Of a stretch of DNA of 48,186 nt, positions 38,644 to 48,186 are shown one piece after another. The notes beneath the pieces were generated by a model. That model did no database searches. It was given only the letters and a program-made list of their open reading frames with translations, and was not told the origin of the DNA. Position 1 is the first letter of the stretch; each line of letters starts with the position of its first letter. Origin of the DNA: Actinomycetota bacterium (GTDB lineage Bacteria > Actinomycetota > Acidimicrobiia > Acidimicrobiales > CADCSY01); the NCBI GenBank assembly GCA_019347915.1, contig JAHWKL010000004.1, forward strand, positions 1 to 48,186, in the 5' to 3' direction. Position numbers and translations under genes: made by a program.

Positions 38644-39822
38644 GTGGACCTGCGCCGGCTGAAGGAGCGCGCGTGCGCCCGCGTCGACGAGCTGGCGCCG
38701 GCGCTCATCACCACGTCCCACCAGATCCACGCCCACCCGGAGCTGTGTTTCGAGGAGCACTTCGCCCACGACCTGCTCACCTCGTTGCTCGAGCGGGAGG
38801 GCGCCGAGGTGACCCGTGGCGCCTACGGCCTCGACACCGCCTTCGACGCCCGGTCCGGCGGCGAGGGGCCCACCGTGGTCGTGTGCTGCGAGTACGACGC
38901 CCTGCCGGGCATCGGCCACGCCTGCGGGCACAACGTCATCGCCGCCGCCACCGCCGGCGCCGGCCTGGCCGCCGCCGCCGTCGCCGAGGAGGCAGGCGGC
39001 CGGGTCCGGGTGCTCGGCACCCCCGCCGAGGAGGGCGGGGCCGGCAAGGTCGAGCTCGCCCGTCGCGGGGCACTCGACGGTGTGGACGCCGCCATGATGG
39101 TTCACCCCGCCGGCGCCGATCTGGCCACCATGGACTCCCTGGCCGCGGCCATGCTCGAGGTCGAGTACTTCGGCGAGGCGGCCCACGCCGCCGCCGCCCC
39201 GCAGCAGGGCCGCAACGCCCTCGACGCCGCCGTCCTCGGGTACCTCAACGTCGCTGCGCTGCGCCAGCACATCGCCGACACCGACCGGGTGCACGGCGTG
39301 TTCACCAAGGGTGGTGACAAGGCCAACATCGTGCCCGACCACACGGCCATGGGGTGGATGGTCCGCTCGGCCCGGGCGCCGTCGCTCGACCCGCTCAAGG
39401 CCCGGGTCCTCGCCTGCTTCGAGGCCGGGGCGCTGGCCACGGGCTGCTCGGTGGAGCACCGCTTCGTCAGCCACGACTACGCCGAGATGGTGGACAACCC
39501 CGTGCTGATCGACCTCTACGCCGCCAACTCCGCCGCCCTGGGCCGGCCGTTGTCCCGGGTGGCCGGTCCTGGGGAGCGGGTCGTGGGCAGCACGGACATG
39601 GGCAACGTGAGCTACCTGGTGCCCTCCATCCACCCCATGATCAAGGTCAGCCCTTCGGGAGTCTCCATCCACTGCGCCGAGTTCGCCCGCCACGCCCGCG
39701 CCCCGGCCGGCGACCGGGCGGTCGTCGACGGGGCCAAGGCACTAGCCATGACCATCGTCGACCTGTGGGTGGCCGAGGGAGCGCTCGACCGGGTCAAGGC
39801 GGCGTTCGCCCCGCCGGCTTAA
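38644..39822 (+). CDS. M20 family amidohydrolase (ACY1L2/PM20D2-like)
   Basis: HPELCFEE, EYDALPGIGHACGHN, GTPAEEG, GSTDMGNVS. Confidence 0.92.
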   Translation: MDLRRLKERACARVDELAPALITTSHQIHAHPELCFEEHFAHDLLTSLLEREGAEVTRGAYGLDTAFDARSGGEGPTVVVCCEYDALPGIGHACGHNVIAAATAGAGLAAAAVAEEAGGRVRVLGTPAEEGGAGKVELARRGALDGVDAAMMVHPAGADLATMDSLAAAMLEVEYFGEAAHAAAAPQQGRNALDAAVLGYLNVAALRQHIADTDRVHGVFTKGGDKANIVPDHTAMGWMVRSARAPSLDPLKARVLACFEAGALATGCSVEHRFVSHDYAEMVDNPVLIDLYAANSAALGRPLSRVAGPGERVVGSTDMGNVSYLVPSIHPMIKVSPSGVSIHCAEFARHARAPAGDRAVVDGAKALAMTIVDLWVAEGALDRVKAAFAPPA

Positions 39823-39825
39823 TCA

Positions 39826-39958
39826 TTGCGCCGGCGATAATCCGCCGTCCGGCCGCCGGCGCAGCCGGCTTGGCCGGACGGAGCAGGATCGAGCGCCGCC
39901 GGAGGCGGCACCGAGCCGTTCCGCGAGCGAAGCGAGCTGTGCTGCTCCGCCTGGCGGC
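39826..39958 (-). repeat. REP/BIME-like modular intergenic repeat, copy 2
   Basis: Inverted copy of modules at 27026-27221; begins 3 nt after the M20 TAA, between convergent genes. Confidence 0.9.
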
Positions 39959-39977
39959 TGCGCAGCCGGCCGCCCTG

Positions 39978-40409
39978 TCACCGCCGGCGCCGGCGCCGGC
40001 GGACGACCACCCCCACGACGGCGCCGAAGGCCAGGTGGTCGGCGACCTGCACCGCGGTGGGAAGGGCGGCGATGGCGGGGTAGCGGCGCCCCACCACGCC
40101 CAGGTCCAGGCCGGCGATGAGCAGCCCGGCAGCGGCGCCGGCCAGGACCGTGCCGCGCTCGGGGAGGACCAGGGCCAGCAGCGTGGCCCAGCCCAGGGAC
40201 AGGCCGGTGTGGGCGATCACCCCACCTGCCAGCAGCGCCGGGACCGGGCTTTCGGGGGCCACCAGGAGCGTCCCCGCCGCCTGCACCGGTGCGAGGGGGT
40301 CGCCGCCGGTGGCCACGGCATGGAGGGTCGAAGGCAGGCCGCTCGACGCCCACGCCACGGCGCCGGCCACCACCCCGTCGCCCATCGCCGCCGCGGTGCA
40401 GGGGCTCAT
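39978..40409 (-). CDS. Hypothetical membrane protein (about 4 TM)
   Basis: Hydrophobic, SGLPST, HTGLSLGW, ADHLAFG; 4-nt overlap with the upstream gene. Confidence 0.7.
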   Translation of the reverse strand: MSPCTAAAMGDGVVAGAVAWASSGLPSTLHAVATGGDPLAPVQAAGTLLVAPESPVPALLAGGVIAHTGLSLGWATLLALVLPERGTVLAGAAAGLLIAGLDLGVVGRRYPAIAALPTAVQVADHLAFGAVVGVVVRRRRRRR

Positions 40410-40756
40410 GGCGGGCCCGAGAGGTCGACGGCGACGGCGAGGGCGGTACGCCCCCAGCCCTCCAGGTCGTCGCTGCCGGGGGCCTGGTAACGGGCCAACA
40501 GCAATTGCCGGGCGCGGGCGTCCTCGTCGGAGCCGGCGGGCACGAGGCGGGCCCGGCCCGAGAAATCCGACTCGCCCACCCGTACCTCCACCGCCGGGGT
40601 GGCGACGAGGTTGCGCACCCAGTCGGCTCGGTGGCGACCTCCTGCCAGGAGGTAAAGCGTCGGGCCGGAGCGGGCGAACCAGATCTCGATGGTGTGGGGC
40701 GCCCCGCTGCGACGGCCGACCGTGGTCAGGTAGCAGAACGGCGGGTCACCACTCAC
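40406..40756 (-). CDS. Deazaflavin (F420)-dependent nitroreductase-family oxidoreductase
   Basis: LTTVGRRSGAPH.IEIWF, ADWVRNLVATPAV. Confidence 0.85.
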   Translation of the reverse strand: MSGDPPFCYLTTVGRRSGAPHTIEIWFARSGPTLYLLAGGRHRADWVRNLVATPAVEVRVGESDFSGRARLVPAGSDEDARARQLLLARYQAPGSDDLEGWGRTALAVAVDLSGPP

Positions 40757-41624
40757 GTTCCCCGGCCTGCTCCCCGTACCGGGCCTCGAGCTCGTAATGA
40801 GCCTCGAGCTCGACGATGCGGCCGAACTCGTCGAACCCCGTCACCAGTTCGAGGTGGTCCCGCAGCGACCCTTCCTGGCGCAGCACCCGATAGGCGTCGA
40901 CCAGTGCCCGGGTGGCGGCGAACAGCCCGGTCAAGGGGGACACCACCAGGTCGTAGCCGAGGTCGTGGAGCTCGCCGGGGGTGAGCAGTGGGGTCCGGCC
41001 CGCCTCGATCATGTTGGCCACCCGCACCACGTCGGGTACGGCGGCGGCCACCGCCTCCAGCTCGGCCACTGACTCCGGCGCCTCCACGAACACGGCATCT
41101 GCGCCGAGGTCGGCGGCCATCCGGGCCCGTTGGCAGGCCTCGTCGAGGCTCACCGCCGCCCGGGCGTCGGTGCGGGCCACCACGAACAGCTGGTCCCGTT
41201 GATCCAGGGCGGCACGGAGCTTGGCCAACCAGTCCTCGACCGGGACCACCCGCTTGCCCCGGAGGTGGCCGCAGCGCTTGGGCCAGATTTGGTCCTCCAG
41301 GAAGATGCCGGCCGCCCCCGCCGACTCGAACTGGTCGACCGTCCGGCGGGTGTTGAGGGCGTTGCCGTGGCCGGTGTCACCGTCCACGACGACGGCCACG
41401 TCGGGCGTCGCCCGGCACACCCGGCGAGCGACCTCGGCCATCTCGCTGGCGGTGAGGTACCCGAAGTCGGGGAGCCCCAGCAAGGTGCCGGCGGTGGCGT
41501 AGCCGGACACGAACACGGTCGTGAACCCGGCCTGGGCGGCCACCCGGGCCGAGAGGGCGTCCCACACGCCCGGCATGAGCACCGTGCCCTCGGCCAGCTG
41601 CCGGCGCAGGTCGTCCCCGTGCAT
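40746..41624 (-). CDS. Isocitrate lyase/PEP mutase family enzyme (methylisocitrate/dimethylmalate lyase-like)
   Basis: PGVWDALSA, DGDTGHG, LEDQIWPKRCGH, VARTDAR; ATG 41624. Confidence 0.9.
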   Translation of the reverse strand: MHGDDLRRQLAEGTVLMPGVWDALSARVAAQAGFTTVFVSGYATAGTLLGLPDFGYLTASEMAEVARRVCRATPDVAVVVDGDTGHGNALNTRRTVDQFESAGAAGIFLEDQIWPKRCGHLRGKRVVPVEDWLAKLRAALDQRDQLFVVARTDARAAVSLDEACQRARMAADLGADAVFVEAPESVAELEAVAAAVPDVVRVANMIEAGRTPLLTPGELHDLGYDLVVSPLTGLFAATRALVDAYRVLRQEGSLRDHLELVTGFDEFGRIVELEAHYELEARYGEQAGEREW

Positions 41625-41693
41625 GAGCGGGCAGCGTAGGCTCGGGCGCACTCGGGCGCCGGGCCGGAGACCGGCGATGGCTCCGGGCACGTG

Positions 41694-41711
41694 GTTGCAT
41701 AGTCATGCGTG
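41694..41711 (+). promoter_or_regulatory. ARG box (ArgR operator)
   Basis: GTTGCATAGTCATGCGTG fits the actinobacterial nnTGCAT-N4-ATGCAnn palindrome with one mismatch; just upstream of a TATGCT -10 box (41718-41723); argR is in the operon. Confidence 0.8.
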
Positions 41712-41729
41712 CACACGTATGCTCGCCCG

Positions 41730-42746
41730 GTGCGGCACATCGCCATTCTGGGGGCGTCCGGCTACGCCGGCGCCGAGCTGTTCCGCTTGTGCCTGTCCCA
41801 TCCCGAGCTCGACGTCGCATGGGTCGCGGCCGACACCTCGGCCGGCACCCTGGTGCGGGAGCTGTACCCGAACTTGGCGGCCGTTGCCGGCGACCTGAGG
41901 TTCACCCGCTACGACCCCGACCTGGCCGAGGGCCTCGACGCCGTGTTCCTGGCCCTGCCCCACGGCGCCAGCGCCTCCGTGGTGCCCGACCTGGTGAAGC
42001 GGGCGGGTGTCGTGGTGGATCTCTCCGCCGATTTCCGGCTGAAGGACCCTGCTCTGTACGACCAGTGGTACGGCGGCGCCCACCCCGCCCCCGAGCTGCT
42101 GGCCGACTTCGCCTACGGGCTCCCGGAGCTGTTCCGGCCGGCGCTGGCCGGCGCCACCGCCATCGCCGTTCCGGGGTGCTACCCGACGGCGGCGGCGCTG
42201 GCCCTGACCCCGCTGCTGCGGGCCGGCCTGGTGGAGCCCACCGGGGTGATCGTCGACGCCGCCACCGGCGTGTCCGGCGCCGGGCGGCCGGCCAAGGCCA
42301 CGACGACGTTCTGCACCGTCGACGAGGACTTCCGGGCCTACGGCCTGATCAGTCACCGCCACACCCCTGAGATCGAGCAGGCCACCGGCGCCTCGGTCCT
42401 GTTCACCCCGCACCTGGCGCCCATGAACCGCGGCATCCTCGCCACGTGCTACGCCCGGCCGGCGGCGGGGGCGTCGGGTGAAGCCGTCCAAGAGGCGCTG
42501 GCCGACGCCTACCGGGACGAGCCCTTCGTGGTCGTGGGTCCCGAGTCGCCGTCGACCAAGGCCACCGCCGGGTCCAACTGCGCCCACCTCACCGCCCGCC
42601 ACGACCCCCGCACCGGCTGGGTGATGGTGCTGTGCGCCCTCGACAACCTGGTCAAGGGGGCGGCCGGCCAAGCCGTCCAGTGCGCCAACCTGGCGTTCGG
42701 CCTGGACGAGACCACGGGGCTGCCGCTGGCCGGGATGGCGCCGTGA
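41730..42746 (+). CDS. argC: N-acetyl-gamma-glutamyl-phosphate reductase
   Basis: ILGASGYAG, DLSADFRL, PGCYPT, DNLVKGAAGQA; GTG 41730 chosen from -10 spacing. Confidence 0.96.
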   Translation: MRHIAILGASGYAGAELFRLCLSHPELDVAWVAADTSAGTLVRELYPNLAAVAGDLRFTRYDPDLAEGLDAVFLALPHGASASVVPDLVKRAGVVVDLSADFRLKDPALYDQWYGGAHPAPELLADFAYGLPELFRPALAGATAIAVPGCYPTAAALALTPLLRAGLVEPTGVIVDAATGVSGAGRPAKATTTFCTVDEDFRAYGLISHRHTPEIEQATGASVLFTPHLAPMNRGILATCYARPAAGASGEAVQEALADAYRDEPFVVVGPESPSTKATAGSNCAHLTARHDPRTGWVMVLCALDNLVKGAAGQAVQCANLAFGLDETTGLPLAGMAP

Positions 42747-43909
42747 GCGTCACCGCCGCCCGGGGGTTCGATGCCGCCGGCGTCGCCTGCGGGATCAAGC
42801 ACGACGGGCGGGCCGACCTCGCCCTGGTCGCCACCACCGACCGCCGGCCGGTCCCCGCAGCCGGCGTCTTCACCGTCAACCTGGCGACCGCACCTCCGGT
42901 CGTGGTGTCCCGGTCCCACCTGCACGCCACCGGGGGACAGGCGGCAGCGGTGGTGCTCAACAGCGCCAACGCCAACGCTGCCACCGGCGACGCCGGCCGG
43001 GCGGATGCCGAGGAGACCTGCGCCCTCGTCGCCGACCGGCTGGGGTGCCGGAGCGAGGAGGTGCTGGTGTGCTCCACCGGCCTCATCGGCATTCCCCTGC
43101 CGATGGCGGCGATCCGCGCCGGCGTGCCCACGGTGACGGGCGCGCTGTCCGCTTCCGGAGCGGCCGACGCCGCCGGGGCCATCCTGACCACCGACACCAC
43201 GGCCAAGGAGGTCGCCGTCCGGGGCACCGGCTTCGCGGTGGGGGGCATGGCCAAGGGCGCGGCCATGCTCGCCCCGGCGCTCGCGACCATGCTGGCCGTG
43301 GTCACCACCGATGCCGTCGCTGACACCGGGACGCTCGACGCGGCGCTGCGGGCGGCGACGAGCGGCAGCTTCGACCGGGTCGACACCGACGGCTGCATGT
43401 CGACCAACGACACCGTCCTGCTGCTGGCCAGCGGCACCAGCGGCGTGACGCCGTCGCCGGAGGAGCTCACGGCCGCCGTGGTCGAGGCCTGTGCCGATCT
43501 CGCCGGCCAGATGGCCGCCGACGCCGAAGGGGCGACGAAGGTCGTCCGCGTGTTCGTCACCGGCGCCGCCTCGCCCGACGACGCCCACCGGGTGGCGCGA
43601 CGGATCGCCGACAGCCAGCTCTGCAAGTGCTCGTGGTACGGCGCCGACCCGTACTGGGGGCGGGTGGTCAGCGAGGCGGGCAGCGCCGGGGCGGCGTTCG
43701 ACCCCGAACAGGTCTCGGTCGCCTACGGCGGCGTCACCGTCTGCGCCGGCGGCGTGGCCGCGCCCCACGACGCCGCCGCCTTGACCGAGGTCATGGCCCG
43801 GCGCCACCTCCAGCTCACCGTCGACCTGGGCCTGGGCCGAGGCGTGGGATCCATCCTCACCAACGACCTCACCCATGCCTACGTCGACGAGAACATGCGG
43901 ACCTCGTGA
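42743..43909 (+). CDS. argJ: Ornithine acetyltransferase
   Basis: NANAATG, STGLIG, GMAKGAAMLAPALA|TML, STNDT, DAEGATK. Confidence 0.95.
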   Translation: MSVTAARGFDAAGVACGIKHDGRADLALVATTDRRPVPAAGVFTVNLATAPPVVVSRSHLHATGGQAAAVVLNSANANAATGDAGRADAEETCALVADRLGCRSEEVLVCSTGLIGIPLPMAAIRAGVPTVTGALSASGAADAAGAILTTDTTAKEVAVRGTGFAVGGMAKGAAMLAPALATMLAVVTTDAVADTGTLDAALRAATSGSFDRVDTDGCMSTNDTVLLLASGTSGVTPSPEELTAAVVEACADLAGQMAADAEGATKVVRVFVTGAASPDDAHRVARRIADSQLCKCSWYGADPYWGRVVSEAGSAGAAFDPEQVSVAYGGVTVCAGGVAAPHDAAALTEVMARRHLQLTVDLGLGRGVGSILTNDLTHAYVDENMRTS

Positions 43910-44808
43910 TGGACGCCGTCGACGGGCTGGCGGGGCTGAGCGCCGCCGACAAGACCGAGATCCTGGTCGAGGCGTTGCCCTACATCCGCCGCTTCCGCAA
44001 CACCGTCGCCGTGGTCAAGTACGGCGGGAACGCCATGACCGCGTCAGTGGGGGCGGGGCGGGCCGACGACGACGCCTTGGCCCTGTTCGCCGAGGACATC
44101 GCCCTGCTGCGGTCCGTCGGCATGGGAATGGTCGTCGTCCACGGCGGCGGCCCCCAGATCGGCGACCTCATGGCCCGCCTGGGCAAGGTGCCCGAGTTCG
44201 TCGACGGCCTGCGGGTGACCGACGCCGAGACCCTCGACATCGCCCGCATGGTGCTGGTGGGCAAGGTCAACCGCGACATCGTCTCCGCCCTCAACCTGCA
44301 CGGGACGCCCGCGGTCGGGGTCTCGGGCGAGGACGCCGGTCTGCTCCGGGCCCGAGCCCGCTCCCCCGAGCTGGGCTACGTGGGCGACATCGAGGAGGTG
44401 CGGCCCGCCATCCTCGAGCGCCTGCTGAACGAGGAGATCGTTCCCGTGGTGGCCACCATCGGCGCCGACGACCACGGGCAGCCCTTCAACATCAACGCCG
44501 ACACCGCGGCCGGCGCCATCGCCATCGCCCTCGGGGCCGAGAAGCTCGTCTACCTGACCGACGTCGAGGGGCTGTGGGGCCGGGCCGGCGACCCCGCCAG
44601 CGTGCTGTCGACGGCGTCGGTCGAGCAGGCCGAAGCCATGATCGAGGCGGGGACCATCACCGCCGGCATGGTGCCCAAGATCGACTCGTGCGTGCGGGCC
44701 GTGCGGGCCGGCGTCGGCCACGCCCACATCCTCGACGGCCGCGTGCCCCACGTGCTGCTGCTGGAGATCTTCACCAACTCCGGCATCGGCACCATGATCT
44801 CGGCATGA
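43909..44808 (+). CDS. argB: Acetylglutamate kinase
   Basis: EALPYI, VKYGGNAM, VHGGGPQI, NINAD, GMVPK. Confidence 0.96.
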   Translation: MDAVDGLAGLSAADKTEILVEALPYIRRFRNTVAVVKYGGNAMTASVGAGRADDDALALFAEDIALLRSVGMGMVVVHGGGPQIGDLMARLGKVPEFVDGLRVTDAETLDIARMVLVGKVNRDIVSALNLHGTPAVGVSGEDAGLLRARARSPELGYVGDIEEVRPAILERLLNEEIVPVVATIGADDHGQPFNINADTAAGAIAIALGAEKLVYLTDVEGLWGRAGDPASVLSTASVEQAEAMIEAGTITAGMVPKIDSCVRAVRAGVGHAHILDGRVPHVLLLEIFTNSGIGTMISA

Positions 44809-45956
44809 GCGACGGGACCGGTTCGCCGCTCATGCCGACGTACCCGCCGCCGCTGGTGACCTTCGTGCGGGGCCGGGGGACCGAGTTGTGGGACGACCAG
44901 GGTCGCCGGTACCTCGACTTCCTCTCCGGTCTCGGCGTCACCGCTCTCGGCCATGCCCATCCGGCGGTGGCCGAGGCCGTGGCCGCCCAGGCCCGGACCC
45001 TCGTCCACGTGTCCAACCTCTTCGGCACCGAGGTCGGTCCCGAGGTGGCCCGCACCCTCGACCGGCTGCTCGGCGGCGGCGGTCAGGTGTTCTTCGCCAA
45101 CTCCGGGGCCGAGGCCAACGAGTGCGCCCTCAAGCTCGCCCGCAAGTGGGGCGGGCGTGGCCGCCACACGGTCGTGAGCGCCTACGGGTCCTTCCACGGC
45201 CGCACCCTCGCCACCCTGCACGCCACCGGCCAGCCGGCCAAGCACGAGGCCTTCCAGCCGCTTCCCGAGGGCTTCCGTCACGTCGCCTGGTGCGACGTCG
45301 ACGCCCTCGAGGCGGCCATCGACCCCGGTGTGGCCGCCGTGCTGCTCGAGCCGGTGCAGGGTGAGGGGGGCGTGCAGCCGGCCACCGCCGAGTACTTCCA
45401 GGGCGTGCGCCGGCTCTGTGACGAGCGCGGGCTGCTGATGATGGTCGACGAGGTCCAGACCGGGCTGGGGCGCACGGGCCGGTGGTTCGCCTTCCAGCAC
45501 TTCGACGTCCGTCCCGACGTGGTGACGCTGGCCAAGGCCCTCGGCAACGGCGTGCCCATCGGTGCCTGCTGGGCCCGCGCCGAGGTCGCCGCCACCTTCC
45601 GCCCGGGCGACCACGGCAGCACCTACGGCGGCCAGCCCCTGGCTGCCTCGGCGGCGCGCGCCGTGCTGGCCACCATGGAGGCCGAGGACGTCCCCCGCCG
45701 AGCGGCGGCCGCCGGTGCCCGTCTGGCCGAGGCGCTCGGCCGGGTACCCGGGGTGCGCCTCGTGCGGGGCCTCGGCCTGCTGCTGGCGGCGGAGCTGGTC
45801 GAGCGTCCGGCGGCGGAGGTGACCGCCGAGGCCCTGAAGCTGGGGCTGGTCGTCAACGCGGTGACGCCCACCGCCGTGCGTCTGGCGCCGCCGCTGCTGG
45901 TCTCCCAGGCCGAGGTCGACGAGGCCCTCGACATCCTCGCCAAGGTCCTGCGGTGA
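44805..45956 (+). CDS. argD: Acetylornithine aminotransferase
   Basis: NSGAEANE, FHGRT, EPVQGEGG, DEVQTG, LAKALG. Confidence 0.95.
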   Translation: MSDGTGSPLMPTYPPPLVTFVRGRGTELWDDQGRRYLDFLSGLGVTALGHAHPAVAEAVAAQARTLVHVSNLFGTEVGPEVARTLDRLLGGGGQVFFANSGAEANECALKLARKWGGRGRHTVVSAYGSFHGRTLATLHATGQPAKHEAFQPLPEGFRHVAWCDVDALEAAIDPGVAAVLLEPVQGEGGVQPATAEYFQGVRRLCDERGLLMMVDEVQTGLGRTGRWFAFQHFDVRPDVVTLAKALGNGVPIGACWARAEVAATFRPGDHGSTYGGQPLAASAARAVLATMEAEDVPRRAAAAGARLAEALGRVPGVRLVRGLGLLLAAELVERPAAEVTAEALKLGLVVNAVTPTAVRLAPPLLVSQAEVDEALDILAKVLR

Positions 45957-46882
45957 CGCTGCGACACCTGCTCGAGGTCGATGACCTGTCCCCGCTCGAG
46001 CTGGCGGCGGTGCTCGACCTGGCCGCCGCGCCCGGAGCCGACCCGGTCCTGAGAGGGAAGGGCGCGGCGCTGCTGTTCGAGAAGCCGTCGGCCCGCACCC
46101 GCAACGCCACCGAGATGGCGGTGGTGCAGCTCGGGGGCCATCCCGTGGCCCTGCGCGGCGACGAGGTCGGGATCGACGTCAGGGAGACGGCCGAGGACCT
46201 GGCCCGGGTCCTGTCGTGCTACCACGCGGTGATCGGGGCCCGGGTCGCCGCCCACAGCGTGCTCGAGCGGATGGCCGCCGTCGCATCGGTGCCGGTGCTC
46301 AACCTGCTCAGCGACCTCGCCCATCCCACCCAGGCGCTGGCCGACGTGCTGACCGTGCGCCAGCACTTCGGTGACCTGGCCGGTCGCCAGCTGGCCTGGG
46401 TGGGCGACGCCAACAACGTCTTCCGGTCCCTCTCCCTGGCCGCGACCATGGCGGGGATGAGCGTGCGGGGGGCGTGGCCGTCCGGGTTCGGGCCCGAACC
46501 CGACCACCTCGACCGGGTTCGCTCGCTGGGTGGGGAGGTGCTGGCCACGACCGACCCCCGGGAGGCGGTGCGTGGTGCCGACGTGGTCGTCACCGACGTG
46601 TGGGCCTCGATGGGCCAGGAGGACGAAGCCGACGACCGCCGGCGGGCGTTCACCGGCTTCACCGTCGACGAGCGCCTGATGGGCCTGGCCGCGCCGGAGG
46701 CGGTGTTCCTCCACTGCCTGCCCGCCCACCGGGGTGAGGAGGTCTCCGCCGGGGTTGTCGACGGCCCCCGCAGCCTGGTCTGGCAGGAGGCGGCCAACCG
46801 CATGCACGCCGCCCGGGGCCTCCTCGGCTTCCTGCTGGGGGGTTCCGGGCCCGGCACCTCCGTGGCGGAGGGCCCGGTTTGA
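45953..46882 (+). CDS. argF: Ornithine carbamoyltransferase
   Basis: FEKPSARTR, HPTQALAD, DVWASMG, HCLP. Confidence 0.93.
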   Translation: MTLRHLLEVDDLSPLELAAVLDLAAAPGADPVLRGKGAALLFEKPSARTRNATEMAVVQLGGHPVALRGDEVGIDVRETAEDLARVLSCYHAVIGARVAAHSVLERMAAVASVPVLNLLSDLAHPTQALADVLTVRQHFGDLAGRQLAWVGDANNVFRSLSLAATMAGMSVRGAWPSGFGPEPDHLDRVRSLGGEVLATTDPREAVRGADVVVTDVWASMGQEDEADDRRRAFTGFTVDERLMGLAAPEAVFLHCLPAHRGEEVSAGVVDGPRSLVWQEAANRMHAARGLLGFLLGGSGPGTSVAEGPV

Positions 46883-47424
46883 CCCCGGCAGGCGAGGGCC
46901 AGCTGGGTAAGCCCCAGCGCCAGCACCGGATCGCCGGGCTGCTCGGGGCCCATCCGGTGACCAGCCAGGCCCGCCTGGTCGAGCTGCTGGCCGCCGAAGG
47001 CGTGAGCGCGACCCAGGCGACGGTGTCGCGCGACCTCGACGAGCTGGGCGCGGTGAAGGTGCGGGTCCCGGGAGGCGAGACCGTGTACGCCATCCCCGAG
47101 CTCGCCTTCGAGCAGGTGGCGCCGGGCGACCACCTCCGGCGGGTGTTCTCCGACTGGGTGGTGCAGGTGGCGTGGTCGGCCAACCTGGTGGTGCTGCGGA
47201 CGCCGCCGGGCTCGGCCCACGTGGTGGGTTCCGCCCTCGACCGGGCCGGCTTGCGCGAGATCGTGGGCACGGTGGCCGGCGACGACACTGTCCTGGTGGT
47301 CGTGGACGAGCGGGTCGGCGGTGCCACGGTGGCCGATCGCCTCCGGGCCCTGGCCGGGCTCGACCACAAGACAGAAGACGGCCCGGCCGGAGATGCCGGC
47401 GGGCCGCGCAACGAGGAGGGCTGA
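46879..47424 (+). CDS. argR: Arginine repressor
   Basis: [25 protein letters not shown]. Confidence 0.95.
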   Translation: MTPAGEGQLGKPQRQHRIAGLLGAHPVTSQARLVELLAAEGVSATQATVSRDLDELGAVKVRVPGGETVYAIPELAFEQVAPGDHLRRVFSDWVVQVAWSANLVVLRTPPGSAHVVGSALDRAGLREIVGTVAGDDTVLVVVDERVGGATVADRLRALAGLDHKTEDGPAGDAGGPRNEEG

Positions 47425-47426
47425 TC

Positions 47427-48186
47427 ATGGCGACACGAGCGGTGCTGGCCTACAGCGGGGGCCTCGACACCTCCGTGGCGGTGCGGTGGATGATCGAGGA
47501 GATGGGCACCGAGGTGATCGCTGTCGCCGTCGACGTGGGCCAGGGCGGCGACTTCGAGACCATCCGGGAGCGGGCGCTGGCGGCGGGGGCAGTGGAAGCC
47601 GTGGTGGTCGACGCCCGCCGGGAGTTCGCCGAGGACTACGTCGTCCCTGCGCTGCGGGCCAACGCCCGCTACGAGGGCAAGTACCCCCTCGTGTCGTCGC
47701 TGTCCCGCCCGGTCATCGTCAAGCACCTGGTGGCTGCCGCCCGTGAGCACCGGGCCGACGCGGTGGCCCACGGCTGCACCGGGAAGGGCAACGATCAGGT
47801 CCGCTTCGAGGTCTCCACCGCCGCCCTGGCGCCCGACCTGGACATCCTGGCGCCGGTCCGCGGTTGGGGCCTGACCCGGGAGGAGTCCATCGAGTACGCC
47901 GAGCGGCACGCCATCCCTGTCACCGTGACCAAGGCCAGCCCGTACTCAATCGACCAGAACCTGTGGGGCCGCACCATCGAGTGCGGCGTGCTCGAGGACC
48001 CCTGGGAGTCGCCACCGGAAGAGGTGTACGAGACGACCACCCCCACGGCCACCGGCCCCTGCGACCTGGTGATCGACTTCGAGCAGGGCGTTCCCGTGGC
48101 CCTGGACGGGCGCAGCCTGCCCTTCCACGAGCTGGTCGACGAGGTCACCCGGGTGGTGGGCTCGTACGGGTGGGGGCGCATCGACA
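47427..48186 (+). CDS. argG: Argininosuccinate synthase (partial, runs off the window)
   Basis: Not in the ORF track. GAGGAGG RBS; [38 protein letters not shown]. Confidence 0.96.
   Translation, partial: MATRAVLAYSGGLDTSVAVRWMIEEMGTEVIAVAVDVGQGGDFETIRERALAAGAVEAVVVDARREFAEDYVVPALRANARYEGKYPLVSSLSRPVIVKHLVAAAREHRADAVAHGCTGKGNDQVRFEVSTAALAPDLDILAPVRGWGLTREESIEYAERHAIPVTVTKASPYSIDQNLWGRTIECGVLEDPWESPPEEVYETTTPTATGPCDLVIDFEQGVPVALDGRSLPFHELVDEVTRVVGSYGWGRID

Noticed and set aside
41712-41732. Second tandem ARG box
   Set aside because: Adjacent sequence does not fit the palindrome; only one box is supported.

Overview
A very GC-rich actinobacterial chromosomal segment, probably Acidimicrobiia (inferred from gene content and order, not tested). 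It is almost all housekeeping genes; I saw no rRNA, tRNA, CRISPR, prophage or transposase. Left to right: a minus-strand block (tkt-tal-zwf-opcA, fbiC FO synthase, LOG-family protein, CbbY-like HAD, Cys-rich protein, serine hydrolase); FIST, DUF983, TetR, ogt, dacB; LON-N protein, three small proteins, trmI, MarP-like protease; KhtTU-like antiporter and a ferredoxin; a complete Pup-proteasome locus (arc-dop-pup-prcB-prcA, pafA, pafB-pafC) with atypical inserted genes; lepB, tatB-tatC-helY; an M20 amidohydrolase; a lyase/F420-oxidoreductase operon; and argCJBDFRG with an ARG box. The most unusual sequence-level signals are an in-frame palindrome in the fbiC inter-domain linker, a modular ~105-bp REP/BIME-like repeat present twice, a GDPD-fold protein with several catalytic residues replaced, and TANNNT boxes 6-8 nt upstream of about 16 start codons, suggesting widespread leaderless transcription. 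I cannot claim a clearly new multi-gene system; the best candidates are the accessory genes of the Pup-proteasome locus and the fbiC-LOG-HAD cluster.
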